From contig NC_134029.1 of the NCBI RefSeq assembly GCF_964204645.1, positions 17,974,950-18,038,949 on the forward strand: a DNA stretch of 64,000 nt. Direction: 5' to 3'. Below are positions 1-13,600 of this stretch, in pieces (the stretch's first letter is position 1; every line of letters starts with the position of its first letter). A program made the position numbers and the translations under genes. This DNA is from Tubulanus polymorphus (Eukaryota; Animalia; Nemertea). Under the pieces are notes generated by a model. That model was not told where the DNA came from. It worked only from the letters and a program-made list of their open reading frames with translations, and did not search any database.

Positions 1-19
1 TTTATTGTCTATTGTCCTG

Positions 20-163
20 GGCCCAGTTGCACGGTCGTGACTTCAGTCATGACTTCAGTCAAAAAGTGGTCTTAAATCTTAACACTGGTCATAGGCTTTA
101 CAAATAACTTGGTCTTAGACTGGTCTTAAGAAGGCCTATAAGCCTTGACTGTGCAACTGACCC
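20..163. mobile_element. PIF/Harbinger-like MITE
   Basis: TIR GGCCCAGTTGCAC / GTGCAACTGACCC; CTG on both flanks; same family as 58951-59069. Confidence 0.75.
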
Positions 164-1625
164 CTGACTTAAATGTCTTCAGGACTTTTAATTGAAAACA
201 AGAACAGACTACAAATGCCATGACTTGAGGCATTTCATTAAGTTAGTCCCAGTTTTTGATCAACGAGATATGACATGAGTCCAGGACCTCAACTCGGACA
301 TCTGATTAAAAATCAACTACCAAATAGACTACAAACACCAGCTATTACCGGTTTGACCAACTTTACTATCAAAAAGTGACCATGAAATTGTAAAAGTCTG
401 AAGGGGGAGGTATCGGGCAGCAGATGGATTCCTGCATAAATATCAATCCAATTTTACATAGATCGCGAGTAAAAACACTCAAAATGTGTCATCCAATTCC
501 ACGAAATTACTTCATCACTTTCCAATACGTATCTAGTTACACGTACTAAAATAAGCCACAAAGCTCTCGTACTGAATTAACGGCGAATTCGTTACATCAC
601 CTATTATATACGAAATACATGGAACAAAAATAAGTCATCGATCAACCGACATACAATACCATCATACCTTTCTATTATTGATACCCTTAACCCTACACAC
701 TGTCACATACATATCTATGATGTTTTAATCAATAGTAAACAGACAGGATGACAAACGTCGTTTTGATCGAAACAATATCTAATCTCTCAATCTAGCGACC
801 CAAAATCAATGAAATTTACTTTTTCGACGGGGTTAATTATTTTCCGTGTTATAATAAATGGCAAGTTACTTACTTAAGTAAGTTAAGTTTCAGAAATATC
901 GAGGTAACACGAAGTCTACACCAAAACAGGCCGTTTACCAACTTGATCAGGGCGTGATTATCACAACGGGAGAAGGTTCAACCAAACTCTGCTGCTCAGT
1001 TTCTCATATCTTAAGTGTAACACTTAAAAATCGATAATCTAATTTTTTCAAGAATAATTTTTTACAACAGAGATTATGTCCTTAATCGGTGATCTACGCT
1101 AAATAGGATTTTTTCGAAAGGACTTTTCTTGTCTACAGCAAATAAGATTTTGCAACAAGGTTTCACAAGATTACTCTGTTAATCCCTTCCATACAAGGCC
1201 GACTGACGAGTTGTTACGCTGTCAATGCGCGTGTATGCGCATGTGTTCCGAGGGTTTAATGACGCGAATCAATGCAGAATCATCATTACGAGAGAGTGTC
1301 CTATTTCCACGGCGATTCAACTGCTCGTAAATTCCGACACAATTTTCCAGACGAGTCTGATTAAAACTCGCGGCGGCAGCGCAGCGAGACATAAAACAGA
1401 AATGTTTCGCGCGAAAGTCCATCGCCATTAAATCCGCAATGACAATCAATATCAGTCGACTGTTACGACGCTGATGAACGTCAGTGACATTTAACATTCT
1501 CATCCGGTTACAAGCCGTAATCTATCAGACACAGAGAAGCACGGCGGGAACCTTCCACGATTCCGAAGCTGATTGGCGTGTTTTTTTGTTTTTGTTTTAC
1601 GATTATTGAAGAAGAAAAAACTAAC

Positions 1626-1680
1626 CTTTTTAAACTCCACATTTCCGATGTGTAAAACGGCGGACAAAACAGCGAACAAC
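1626..1680 (-). CDS. MYO9: Myosin IX exon
   Basis: TTTCAG|[18 protein letters not shown]|GTTAGT. Confidence 0.93.
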
Positions 1681-4600
1681 CTGAAAATATCGCAATCACG
1701 TTCATTCATTACATAACTGGCAGGGACCCGAGATCCATCATTTCTGGATATAAGGAGTTTGAAAGAAAAACTTTTGAATTTTGAAGAAGCGTCTGCATTG
1801 TGTTCATATTGCAATTTATCTAAAAATCATTACTGTTTATCTCGGTAAATTAACCATTAATTTGATGGTTTAGTAAGCAAACTTTTATCCTATATACCAC
1901 TAAACTCGGTTTTTAATTTGGTTACTGCCTAGTCGGGTAAAAAAATCTACTGTACAACAACGAACTAGATAAAAATTTAAAATTTCTATTTCTCAAAATT
2001 GAAGGACTTATAAAGGAGTTTTAGCTATTTTGCTCTAATAAAAGGAGTTTTAAGCATCTTCAAAAGAATGTTCAGTTTAGAAGGAGTTTTTAAGGAATTA
2101 AGGAGTCGTTGAGACCCTGACTGAGTTAGATAATCGTAATACCGTCTTTGAGTTTCTTGTGAAAATCCGACTATTTCCATTGATTGTTTGAGTCGTTCGA
2201 ATTCATGCGCCTCGTCCACTATTTCCCCGTCTACATCTTCTAACGTATAACATTTACTCTACAATAGCAACAACAACGATGATGATAAACATCTGATTTT
2301 AACAATCAGAGAAAACCAATTAATACTCCATAATTCAACAGAAAACTAGGTCCTGGGCAATGAATTGTCTTTTTTTCAAGGACAATGAGTTCCAGTGGCA
2401 ACCCTTACTACTCGGGCATGTATGTTTTTTTCTAAATCTTAAAATAGGGATTGACCCTGGTCTGTTGTTAATCATTTGATTGGTAGATTCTTATGACTTT
2501 TTTTGATTTGGTATCCCTGACAAACCCACCACACCTGTTAGGAGCAGAACAGGAGGTTTGATTTTGATATTAAAGTACAAATCGTAAATCAAAATTTCTT
2601 AAAATACGGTCCGACATTGTTCTTGTCCCTTGAAAATTTTATCCGTACAAAGCATTAAGGGTTGTTATTTCTGCACTTTCTCTGTTGCTGACTGCTTAAG
2701 TATTCCAATTTTTCAATCTAAGGTTTCGGGGGCAGGACCCCCAAACCCTGCTAAGTACTTTGCACAATCGGCACCCTTTACAGGACAGCCAAATACTGTC
2801 AAGGTATTGTTCTAGATCATACCCAATACTTTGAGAACAAATACTTTGAGGTCAGGGAAATGCCACATAGTCAAACAATTGATCGTAGTCAGACAATGAA
2901 CGAATGAATCAATATTTCATTTTATCATTAGCAACAAAATCCATCATACATTATCATTATGATCTGAAAAATTTTCAGGCTACTTATACTGATATAGTCT
3001 TTAAGCCGAACGATATAATGAAGGACCTCCAGCAAGCGAAGGTGCCTGTGCATACAGTGGCCGAAGGCCCAGATTTCATGAGCGTGTCGCAATGAACACT
3101 AGTAGATGGTAGTCGTACCTGATTTAAGTAGTGGAAGTCTTCGACATTGGTGAGCGAAAGCTGTTCCCTCTCTTGCTCACTAGCACCAGCCAGTAAATAA
3201 TAAAACACATGGTAATTTCTGTAAATTGGAAATAGAGAGAAGAGTTTTAAAATTCTGTATCATTAAACAACCGGGGTGGGAAGTCCAGGACGATGATATA
3301 CGCAGTAGATATAACTATTTTCTGGTAAGGGCATCGACAGTATTTTGCAAGTGCTATTCAACTTAAGATGCTACCATGGACTAGTTACTCTAGTTTGCGT
3401 ACAGGAATAAATTTGATGAACTCCAGAACTATCCCATCCTTACAGTTTGGTTTTCACATTTTTCCACAATAAAATGCTAGGATTTTGCACTTTTTCATAA
3501 TAACACAAGGGGTTACCGACCCCTACTTGGGTTCATCAGCAGTCAAAGCGTTTCTATTCAAATATGACAGTAATAATCGAAGTCAGCTCATGCACTAAAT
3601 CACTTTTGAAAAAAAGAAGTCCAATTTCTCGTTATCAAAGAAAGGTTTGGCCGATACAACTTTTGAGCAACTGGTTCCTGGCTTGTGATTTCAGGTGAAC
3701 AGAACAAAAAAACTCAAGTACGTGATGATTTTTTCTGCAATACTACGCAACCCGCCCACTCGAGTTGGAAATATGCTCTATGTAATGGTATCAATGATGG
3801 AAAGAGATGCAGACACTATACGTGATAAGCGATGATAGATGACTGATGAAAAACAACGTCCGTCCGTATTTACAAACATTGCAAATATCAACCAATCACA
3901 TTCACATTAAAGCCTAGCGTACATCGAGACTGCGATTGGACACAACTAGTTGCCGGATAGCTTTCGGCACATGAGAGGAACAGGCTGGATACAATCAGTT
4001 GCTAAATTAACGAATTTGTAGATGTGAGCGAGCCTATGACTGCTAAGCGTCCATCTATCACCAGTTCCAGCCGGGTTACCCATGTTCTACTTTTGAGCAA
4101 CTAGTTGTACTCAGTTACTTTCATATCCTTCAACGCTTCATAATCAACAACACGTGGTTGCAACTGACTAAAACAAAGCACGTGACTTCAGATGCCCTCA
4201 AGGTGTTTGCTAGATATCACATCTCAGTTGCTGTCGATGTACGCGCTATGGACCTAGCATGAGCCACGCAGTTGCTGGTTTTTACTAAATTTTCGATGTG
4301 CGCAGGGTACTCGCTCACTAGCAACTAGTTGTCTCCGGTCGCTTTGTCAATGTACGCTAAGCTTAATACTGTCACGGAGGAACCACGAAAAACACCTAAA
4401 TAGGTACTTCCAAATCTGCAATCGCATTCTATAACGAAGAATTCAAAGCGCTTCGTTGTGTCCCAGGAGGTGTAAATCAACCCGATTCGAGAACTCGTCG
4501 TTGTTCCCCAGAACCATTCGCGATAGGAACCATCTGGAAGATCGTCGAGTTACGCAGTTACCACTGATCAATTTAAATCAATGATCAGTAGAAAGTTTGA

Positions 4601-7600
4601 TCGCTACTAAGTATCTCGCTCTCTATCACATCGTTGACACATACTAAATCTCCAGGAGTTTTAAGCTAAGCTCAGTTCGACTTACGACTCGATCGTCACG
4701 TCAGAACGGTCTGCGATTTTTTCTTCGTGAATTTACTTACGACCGCAACTTTTAGCCAAAAAAAAAAGAAGTAAGATGCTTTTTTATGCCATAAAAACGG
4801 TAACAATAATGCTTCGATACATTGATACCTTGTATGCCTTATCTAAGAGGTTCTCTGAGAGTGGATGCGCGCTACGTCATCAATATTGGCATTTCAAAAT
4901 AACAATTGCGATTCTTAATTTTGGTGTTTATTTTGAAACTAAATATATTTCATAACTCATATTTCATTTTGATAAATTATAATAATCGTTTTTGATAGGA
5001 TGTGCAAGAAACAAGATCCTCCAGGTACAAAAATTTGTCCGCTGCACATGACCCACTGACATTCAGATGAATCATGTTGGCTACATTTGGTGGTAAGTAC
5101 ATATTGGCAATTTAACTGGATTGAATAGTCGAAAATAGAAACTAGTCTCACCCTAATATTGATGATGTAGTGCATATCTCCTTGCACGCTACCCTAATCC
5201 ATCAATTATAAAAAAGACAGGAAAATTAATTGATAAGAAAATATAAGATATGAAATAAGATATAAGATATGAAATAAGATATGAAATTAGATCAATTCAA
5301 AGATGAACGATGATATATAAAATTGTAATTGTAATTTTGATGACGTAGTGCACATTGACTCAAACACTAGGTAACGCATAGTAGTTAGCAATGTATGTAA
5401 GCATTCTTGTAACAGTTATTACAACAAAAAGAATTCTTTCCAACAAAATGCAATAGTCATTTCGTTGCTCAATTCAGTAGACTGGGTTAAGTCGTTAGGT
5501 CTTCACGTGCTGGCTGGCCTAAATTTGAATCATTGATCCTGAATTCACGGGGTTCCAATGATTTTAGTCGAAGTTCCTCTACGGCCTCTCTCCGATCAAT
5601 ACGGGAAGAAATCCTGAAACTGCTTATCATGCCTCGAGGTTGAGAGATAAATAAAGCGGATACAGATTTCAAACTAAATCATACCTTTCATTCGCCTCTT
5701 GTGAAACAATTCTAGTCTTTTCTAGCAAATATTTCTCTACTATAGCACTGAAAAAAATCAATAAAACAATACATCATTCAAACGTAGATCCAATATAGGA
5801 GAAAGTTCATAAATCTGTAAACTTTTTGGTCATTCCAGAATTCAGTGACTCCTTGAAGAGTAATCAAAGAGAAAAAAAATGTTTTCAAATTCAAGGCAGT
5901 TTAAATGGTCACCACGGTAAGTTATGGCAGCCATTTCAAGTCAAATTTCAACTAAGAAGTGGTGCTGATAGCCTGATAATGTACATGGTCCCTTTTTGTG
6001 GGAGACAAATGAGAAGCTTAATCTTGAATAGTTGTAATCAGTGAACCTACATCATTAACCACTACCAAGTTTTTACTAGGGGTGCAGGAACACGTCACCA
6101 TGTGCACTTAAAAGTGGTTTGAAATACTTGATTATCTGACAATTACAACATTCAACGCCCCCTGGTGAACATTTACATAAACCAATGACCTTGAAACTCG
6201 CCACAATCATAGAACGTGTCATAAGTTACAACTTTGCATGAGTGATAATGAAATGTGCATAGATCCGAATGAAGTTATCCCATTCAATGTGAGACGTTTC
6301 CTACAACAATTATCAAATATCAATACGATATTTTCCTCAAAAGCTATTCTCCTCATGATATCCATGTATGCAGATTATACTGATTTTGGGTTTTCCGTAA
6401 TGATGATTTTGTCACTTGGAAGCAATAAATCCCTATTGACTTGATTAGTCTGAATCAAAGTCCGTAGCACCATCACATAATCGTGAAATTTAATTGGTGC
6501 AGTCATCTATGCACTACAATTCATAACAATGTCGGACCACTCAGTGTGCGACCAAATTTATGATAGTTTTTATGAAAAATCACGGTAACATATAAGAAAC
6601 ACTGCGTACTTTTAGCAAAAAAGTGTGAGAATAACAATAGGGTTCCTATCACCATTGAAGAGACACTATATCTGTGTTGTGTTATTCCAGGGGTCCTATC
6701 TATGGAACTGGGTCCCAGTATCATAGATGTAGTAATCTTATCATTAAGTAGTAATCTATGGGTGTCCCGTTGATCATGCCAGAAACAAAATATACTGAGT
6801 TACTAAACTGGCATTTTCCAAAAATTCAAGAAGTTCGAAGTAGTGTAGCATAATTTCCCTATTTAGAGCGTAAAAATCCCCAATTCTTCAGAGTAGCTAA
6901 AATCCCCCACCTATTGAATGGAGAGCAATAGACACAATCTGAAGGTAAATTTATTCAAATTTCAGTATCGTATTACATAATCTTAAGTTCACTCATACTA
7001 GAAGTTATCACACAGCTAAAAAATAACGTAAGTTAAAAAGAGTTCATTACACAGTTCAGTTGGTATATGAACCAATGCTCAAGTGATTTTTAACTAAAAT
7101 TGTAGTACCAAAAAAATTCCCTGATAGTCAAACACATCTAGGCCGTGTCTACGTGCGAGCTGGTTAAATTCATTTTCAATCATTCTGTAATCATTCGAAT
7201 GCGAAACTGGTATTTAATATAGTGCGTCTACAGTTGTAGAACGCGGATAAAAATGAATGCAGATGGATAGAGTCCTGTTAAGTATTTGGAATGGTCGGAA
7301 TTTTGCCATTCTAATTAAGAATGGACCAAGTGTTCTAGCAAGAAGTCTGTTCCATTTCAGAGCTGTCTAACCTGGACCGACTTAAAAGACCAATCCAGGA
7401 AAGTTGCAAATTTTGGAACAGATGAAATCTGAGTGCGTGGACAGAAAAACTGGTTCCAGGTCCATTCTAAATCGTACTCGGCAGTATGAATTCAACGTAA
7501 AATAAACCGGTCAGTCACTAAATCGGCACAAACCGATGAGTATAAGTATTCAGATTTCATATCATTTTATATCATCTTAATATCTGTCTCCTGCATGTGG

Positions 7601-10600
7601 AGTGTCTGTTTTAATTGTCTGAAAATGACCTACAATTTACGATAGATTGATATGTCCAAACTGCAGTCATCAAAATTGTTTGAATAAATAACAGCCACTC
7701 ATAAATCAATCATTTAGATATAAATTTGAGAAAAATACTTGACAAGAGACATCTTGCGGGGCCAGTAACAACTATCTGAAGTCAATTCAGGTCTCGTTAA
7801 TAGTGGATCTAATGAATGCAGATTCAATGAATTCCCAGTTTATACTAGCATAGACACTGAATCGGCCAGCCCTGGTTAACTTTACAGGGTCCCGACAGAT
7901 CAGCCATTCCAGAATTAAAGGACTTTTCAACTGATTGTTATATGAGAATATTTCATATTTCGAGGAGTGTATGCATCAGTTTCATATCCCAATTACGGTA
8001 CACTCTCCTAAATCGGTACTGTTTATCTCAGTATACCGTTGATTCGGTGACTTAATAAGCAAATCCTTCACACTGATTAACCCCGGTTAATTAGTGTAAC
8101 TAATGAACATTAATGTAATCTAACGTATTTACGTATTGTATATTTAATTGCTATTTGAATTGAAAATAAATTCATATTTATTCATTCAATTTAACTTCGG
8201 TTTCTAATTCAGTAACCACCTAAACCATCTAATTCGGTGGAATCTGTGAGTATTGGCTTGTGACTTACTAAAATAGGCCTAAAACCTAAAAATTTTCAAA
8301 TTGCCAATTTCTCAAAATTCAAGGATATTCAAGGACTTTGAAAAACATTTTTGGTTTAGAAGGAGTTTTCAAGGAATCAAGGAGTCGTAGGGACCCTGCT
8401 TTGTACCGTCGGGGGTGTCCACTCAATAAATCATATCACGTCAATATCCAAATATTGTTCAAATTACGCACGCAATCTAATATTCATCGAGAAATAAATT
8501 CATTTATTTGAACTTCATTCGAAGGGTACTGGCGGGAAAGGGTTAAGCTGACCATTGTATACACAACTGTGGTTGAACAACAATAATTGATGGAATCGTG
8601 GTTTAATTGTGTTAGTTAGAGCATCAGGAATGTTACAGATATAACACCATAAACCATCCACGTGCATACACCCATCCACCTACGCTAAGCTGTAACTGCG
8701 TGTACCCGCAGCGGTTATACAACACTTAAAACTAAACAACTGAATGGACTGTAAGTCATTATTTCGAAAGCGTTAACCGACACAGGTAAAAATTTGATAC
8801 AGTTAAAAGATCGCATACAAGTAAAACACTAATGAATGCTAAAAAAAAACAATAGCAATCGATACACATAACAACTCTTTATGCGTGTCTCCTGGCGTTG
8901 ACGTGTACCGTATGATCCACTGATGACCTACTCACAAATACAAATCACCGAGAATTTTGCATGAATCTGAAAGTTGTTGCATCCAATCTATAGGTCGCAC
9001 TCCACTAAAATTTCATGCCCGTAGCCAGGGAGGCAGTTGGTAAGGGATGGACAAACCTAATATATATACACAGAGTTGCCACTTATGTGAAGCTAAAAAT
9101 CCGGAAAATAAGTCGGGGGTCTGGGGGACATCCCCCAAAAAAAATTTTGAAATTAGAACGCCAGGAGATGCGTTCTGGCGCAATACGCGTTATAGGCCTC
9201 ACTTTCATTACCGCCTATAGATCTTTTTTTCAAATAGCGATTGGTTCCGTCAAATACACCTCATACATAAACCAGAGAGCCAAAAAACAAACGAAGCGTC
9301 AATCGATTTCGATCGTCGCGTCATCTTGGTTTAATCGTGTACTGCGGGGTTGTTGCCACTACGTGGCAGCACAATACGGCTTTTTCGAACCCTCTACGGA
9401 GCCGTCACGTTTTGATGTTTAGGGTCGAATCCCGAATTGATTTTATTTCTTTCGCGATGTTTTCTTTTGTGGTTATTTGACTTCTCCCGAAAATCCGGAA
9501 ATGAAATTGGATTTTTTTAAAATCCGGAATTCCGGAGAAATCCGGAGAAGTGGCAACACTGTATACAATTAGTTCAAATTCAAAGATTCATCCATATGAA
9601 TTTCACTGATTTTTAGAACTAGGGGTCCATGGAAACGATGCCCACTCGGTGTTTGAAATGCTCGACAATCCGACAAAAAATGTTTAAGAAGTGCTGAATT
9701 CAACAAAGGCTGGATACAAGAAATTCCACGTTGCTCAAGATAGATGAACGAAAAACTTACCCATGAACCATACCGTTTTCCTTATAGTTGACCTGGATAT
9801 ATTTACCAAATCGACTGGAATTATTGTTGTGCACGGTTTTAGCGTTTCCAAAAGCCTAAAAAAGCGAAAATAAAAAATGCTTGACAATAAAAAACTTCGT
9901 TAATTATCGTAGATTATTACATGATAGATACAGATACGCGCATTCCAATATATAGTATACATGTTGTATTAACGACAATGAACGAACAATGTCGATAGCT
10001 ACCATATAGCATAGATCGGTTTGAACAGAAATATGAAATCAAAATGCTCAAATGGGATCCCTATAAAATTATAATTTTCCGGAATAAAATTCATATTTCT
10101 GAGGGATAATTACTCGCAGTTAGCGGAGGGTATAGTTCCCGAGAAGGGTAACTTCTAAAATGCGCCCCATCCTGAAGGAAATATTTTCCAGAAAAGACAT
10201 CGTCCATACATTAAGAGCCTAATTAAGTTTAAAGTTTTATTATATTCCCTGTGTTTTCCTCAAGAGAAATTAGTTCCCCGTTTTTTTTTTCCTGTTTTCT
10301 AGAATTGTGGTCACCCTGCTAATGTATTACAACATTTTTGTAAAGATTTTTAAGCGTAAAAAATAAACAGTGAATAGAAATAAGAGATATAGGGACTCTG
10401 GTAATGGATGCCATCAATCATAAATGGCAAGGGTCTGCATACTGCAATTATCAAACCATAATAATGAGGATTATGTTATTCAAAACCGATCTACACCTGG
10501 AAAACTTTGTAGTCTCTGATCTTTCAGATAACCTTATCATTGGTCTAACCATGGACATATAAACTAGTTTATACGTCCATGGTCAAACTAGATTCCGCAA

Positions 10601-13600
10601 TACAAATCACAAGTTCCCAATAGAAACTGGTAGATGTAATAATATAGAGCTTGCTGAAAGAACATGTCAATTGCACAATAATGGGATTGGGGACAAATAT
10701 CACAGTTCATAGTTAAATGATAGCAGGGAATTATATCTGGACAGGAGATTCTATACAATCCCAAACTTTTTCCAATAGGGCCTTAAGATAGAGTCGATCT
10801 GCGCAATCTGTGTATTGTTGTCGGTAAAATTATGAGAATTTTCACTAGATTCCCTATAAAACTCTCTGCTCATGAGTATATACCAATATTCAACTATGTA
10901 CCTATGTACTGTAGGCCTACGTAGTATAGGCCCAAAATAGCCGTGATCGCGTAAGCATTTTTGGCCAAAAATGTCGGACCAAACGTCGAGTCAGATTTGA
11001 GCATGGGAAAAATTATTTTGCGTGTGAATTGCTACTGGTTCTGGAAGTGACTCACTTCACTTTTTAAGTATTGTTTAGTATCAAGTGAGTAGTTTACTTG
11101 TTAGTGGTTTATGTGCCTCACTTTAGGCATTGGCCAAATTTGACTCCTGGCCTGGTTGGTGTCAATTTGTCCAGGGCCAAATCGTCTCAGTAAGGTCATG
11201 GCTGTTTCATTTTATGTACTGAAACGCTTAAATTGTCTTTTAATTAAAACCAGAGTTTGTCAAATAAAGTAAAAGTATCTGAATTGAATAGCCTTGTTAT
11301 TCACGCCATCTGAATTTATGGGAACCCCATCGGGACCGAGCCGATTTCTAACTTAAGACACCGTCGAAAATCTGATGGAACGTTTTTTTCATGAGCTACC
11401 AGTGGTTGTGACAAATTCCCGCTCCCTACAGAGACATCGGCGACGCAATTAAAACCTAACAGACCGCGACATATGAAGCACTTCGCTGTAATTGCGACTG
11501 CTCGCAGAAAATTATACACTCCAACGTGATGCCTGAAGCTGGGAGCGTCTCGAAATGTGAACGAACTCGCCGGATATTTTTAAACTCTATTGAGTCACAT
11601 TGAAATTTTCTGAATTTATCGTTACGGTCGTGAACTGAGGTAATTCCGGTTCACATGCTTGACGGGGGTTTGACTAAGAAGAAAATAAATCAAACTTAAC
11701 CCATTCACTGAGTCTACACCGCAGTGCAATGTATAAATCGGTGATTGACTTTGCTAATACACTGCACCACGGTGTAATTTTTTAAACGTCTTTTTCTCTA
11801 ATGAAGATGGTGACATCGGTCAAACACAGTTAGATATAAGTAACTATTGATACACCTCACCGCACCGTATAGAAGCATTATAGCGGATGCCTGTTATTGA
11901 TGCACGGGGCTGGAATTTTTCAAAATTTTCCCGCACATTAGGGTACTAATTAGTCAGCACCGAAAGGGTTAAGCACACGACACGAGCAACTTACAGGCCT
12001 GATGGTCAGTATGTTTTATTCGATTTTGATGAAATGATTGTAGGTTACATTTGACAAAATACACTTTCTGCTATAATCATATTTACACGGTATAATCGTA
12101 ACACAGACAGATGGCAGGACCAAATACTTAGGGTTCAATAAGGTTTTTCCCTCCGTCTCGATGATTTGCATGATTTATGCGTAAAAAATAGAACTCGATT
12201 CTAATGAATTAAATTTAAATGATTGAGCAATTCAATGGCGTGGCTAATTAACATATTCCAGACATCCATGCCTACGGTGCCATTTTGGGGGAAAAAAGCT
12301 ATTTCATCCAACTCGTTCACAATCATCAACGACAAATTTTCTGTGGTCCTCGTAAAATGTCCCCCAAAAACAAAATCAACTCAAGATTTCATTAAAATCA
12401 GTCTTGGAATACAAGATAAAATAATATGAAATAACTCCAGAAGTGAAACAGTACTGCTGGTTCACGAGAAACCCTGCAGCTAATCCAATCAAAGAGGAGA
12501 TATCGCTCTCTGATTGGCTTTAGAAACTGATATTTTCATGAAAAACCCCACATTGTCAAATGAATGTACTAACTGAAACAATTTTAGACCATTTAGGAAA
12601 TAAGATTGATAGAAATTTTTGGCCTATGGCAAAAAATCAGACAGCCAGGTCGTGAGCAGCATGGTACCTGGTACATTATATGATACAAACGGTCAAAACT
12701 CATGCTTTCATGGTAAGGACAATTTTTCGATTTTTTTCTCTGATTTTTCTCGTTAAGAAAATAATTTTAAGGTAGGTTACTGGTATGGCCCAATGTTTTT
12801 CGCCACCTGCATAAAAGGGTTAATCTACCGTATATTCACCACGAAGATTAACGTATCATGAGATAGCCCCCTGCGTATAAATGGCTTTTCGCCCCCGCCG
12901 CCGTCTAAAATGGTTCGTTTGTTCGTTCGAAGTTGATTAAACTCTGACTGATGTCGTCGTCGTTGTCGTCATCATCGCAAAAACTAAGCAACGATTCGTA
13001 AATTTCCTCTGGGAAAATGACAGATGATCATGTAGAGAGCTACGGAGACCGTGTATAAGCACCCTCTCTACGAGTATGCTGGCTTAAGATGACAATTTCA
13101 TACATCTGTGTAATGGGTTTACGCCATCTTTCTTGGGAGGCTAGTTACTGGCCGTTTCAAATTCTGGGGGCCAAGTAAAACTTAACTCCCAATCAGTTTT
13201 ACATCCGGAACATTCTAAGATGGGCAGAAGTATCCAGCCCGAAATATCAACAAGTTTGTTTCTCATGATTATGGTCTATACCAACTAGGACTGGCTGGTA
13301 TTGAAACGGTTTTTACAATTACCAGTCATATAAATAAGAGATTAAGACTGGCTGGTATAGTACATCCTTCGACTGAAAGGTATTTGATTGTTTGATCGAC
13401 ATTCCGTTTAGGTCAATTCTGATATCGATAAAACAAAGGGAAATCGAATCACTGCTCAATTTTGTATTTAACAAAGCCATACCGTTTATACGGCCCTGAT
13501 TCAGGTCCCGCGAACTCAAAGAAAATGCCTGAGATGAGATGACTGGTTAAGCTAGTGATGTTAAAGATGTTTTTGTCCTTTGAAGTCGATTATGTTAGAA

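Noticed and set aside
1222-1503. Overlapping ORFs in a CpG-rich patch as the next myosin exon
   Set aside because: No motor-domain similarity or fitting splice sites; the next exon is probably outside the window
9015-9422. 135-aa ORF
   Set aside because: Crosses a MITE boundary, antisense in a myosin intron, no recognisable domain
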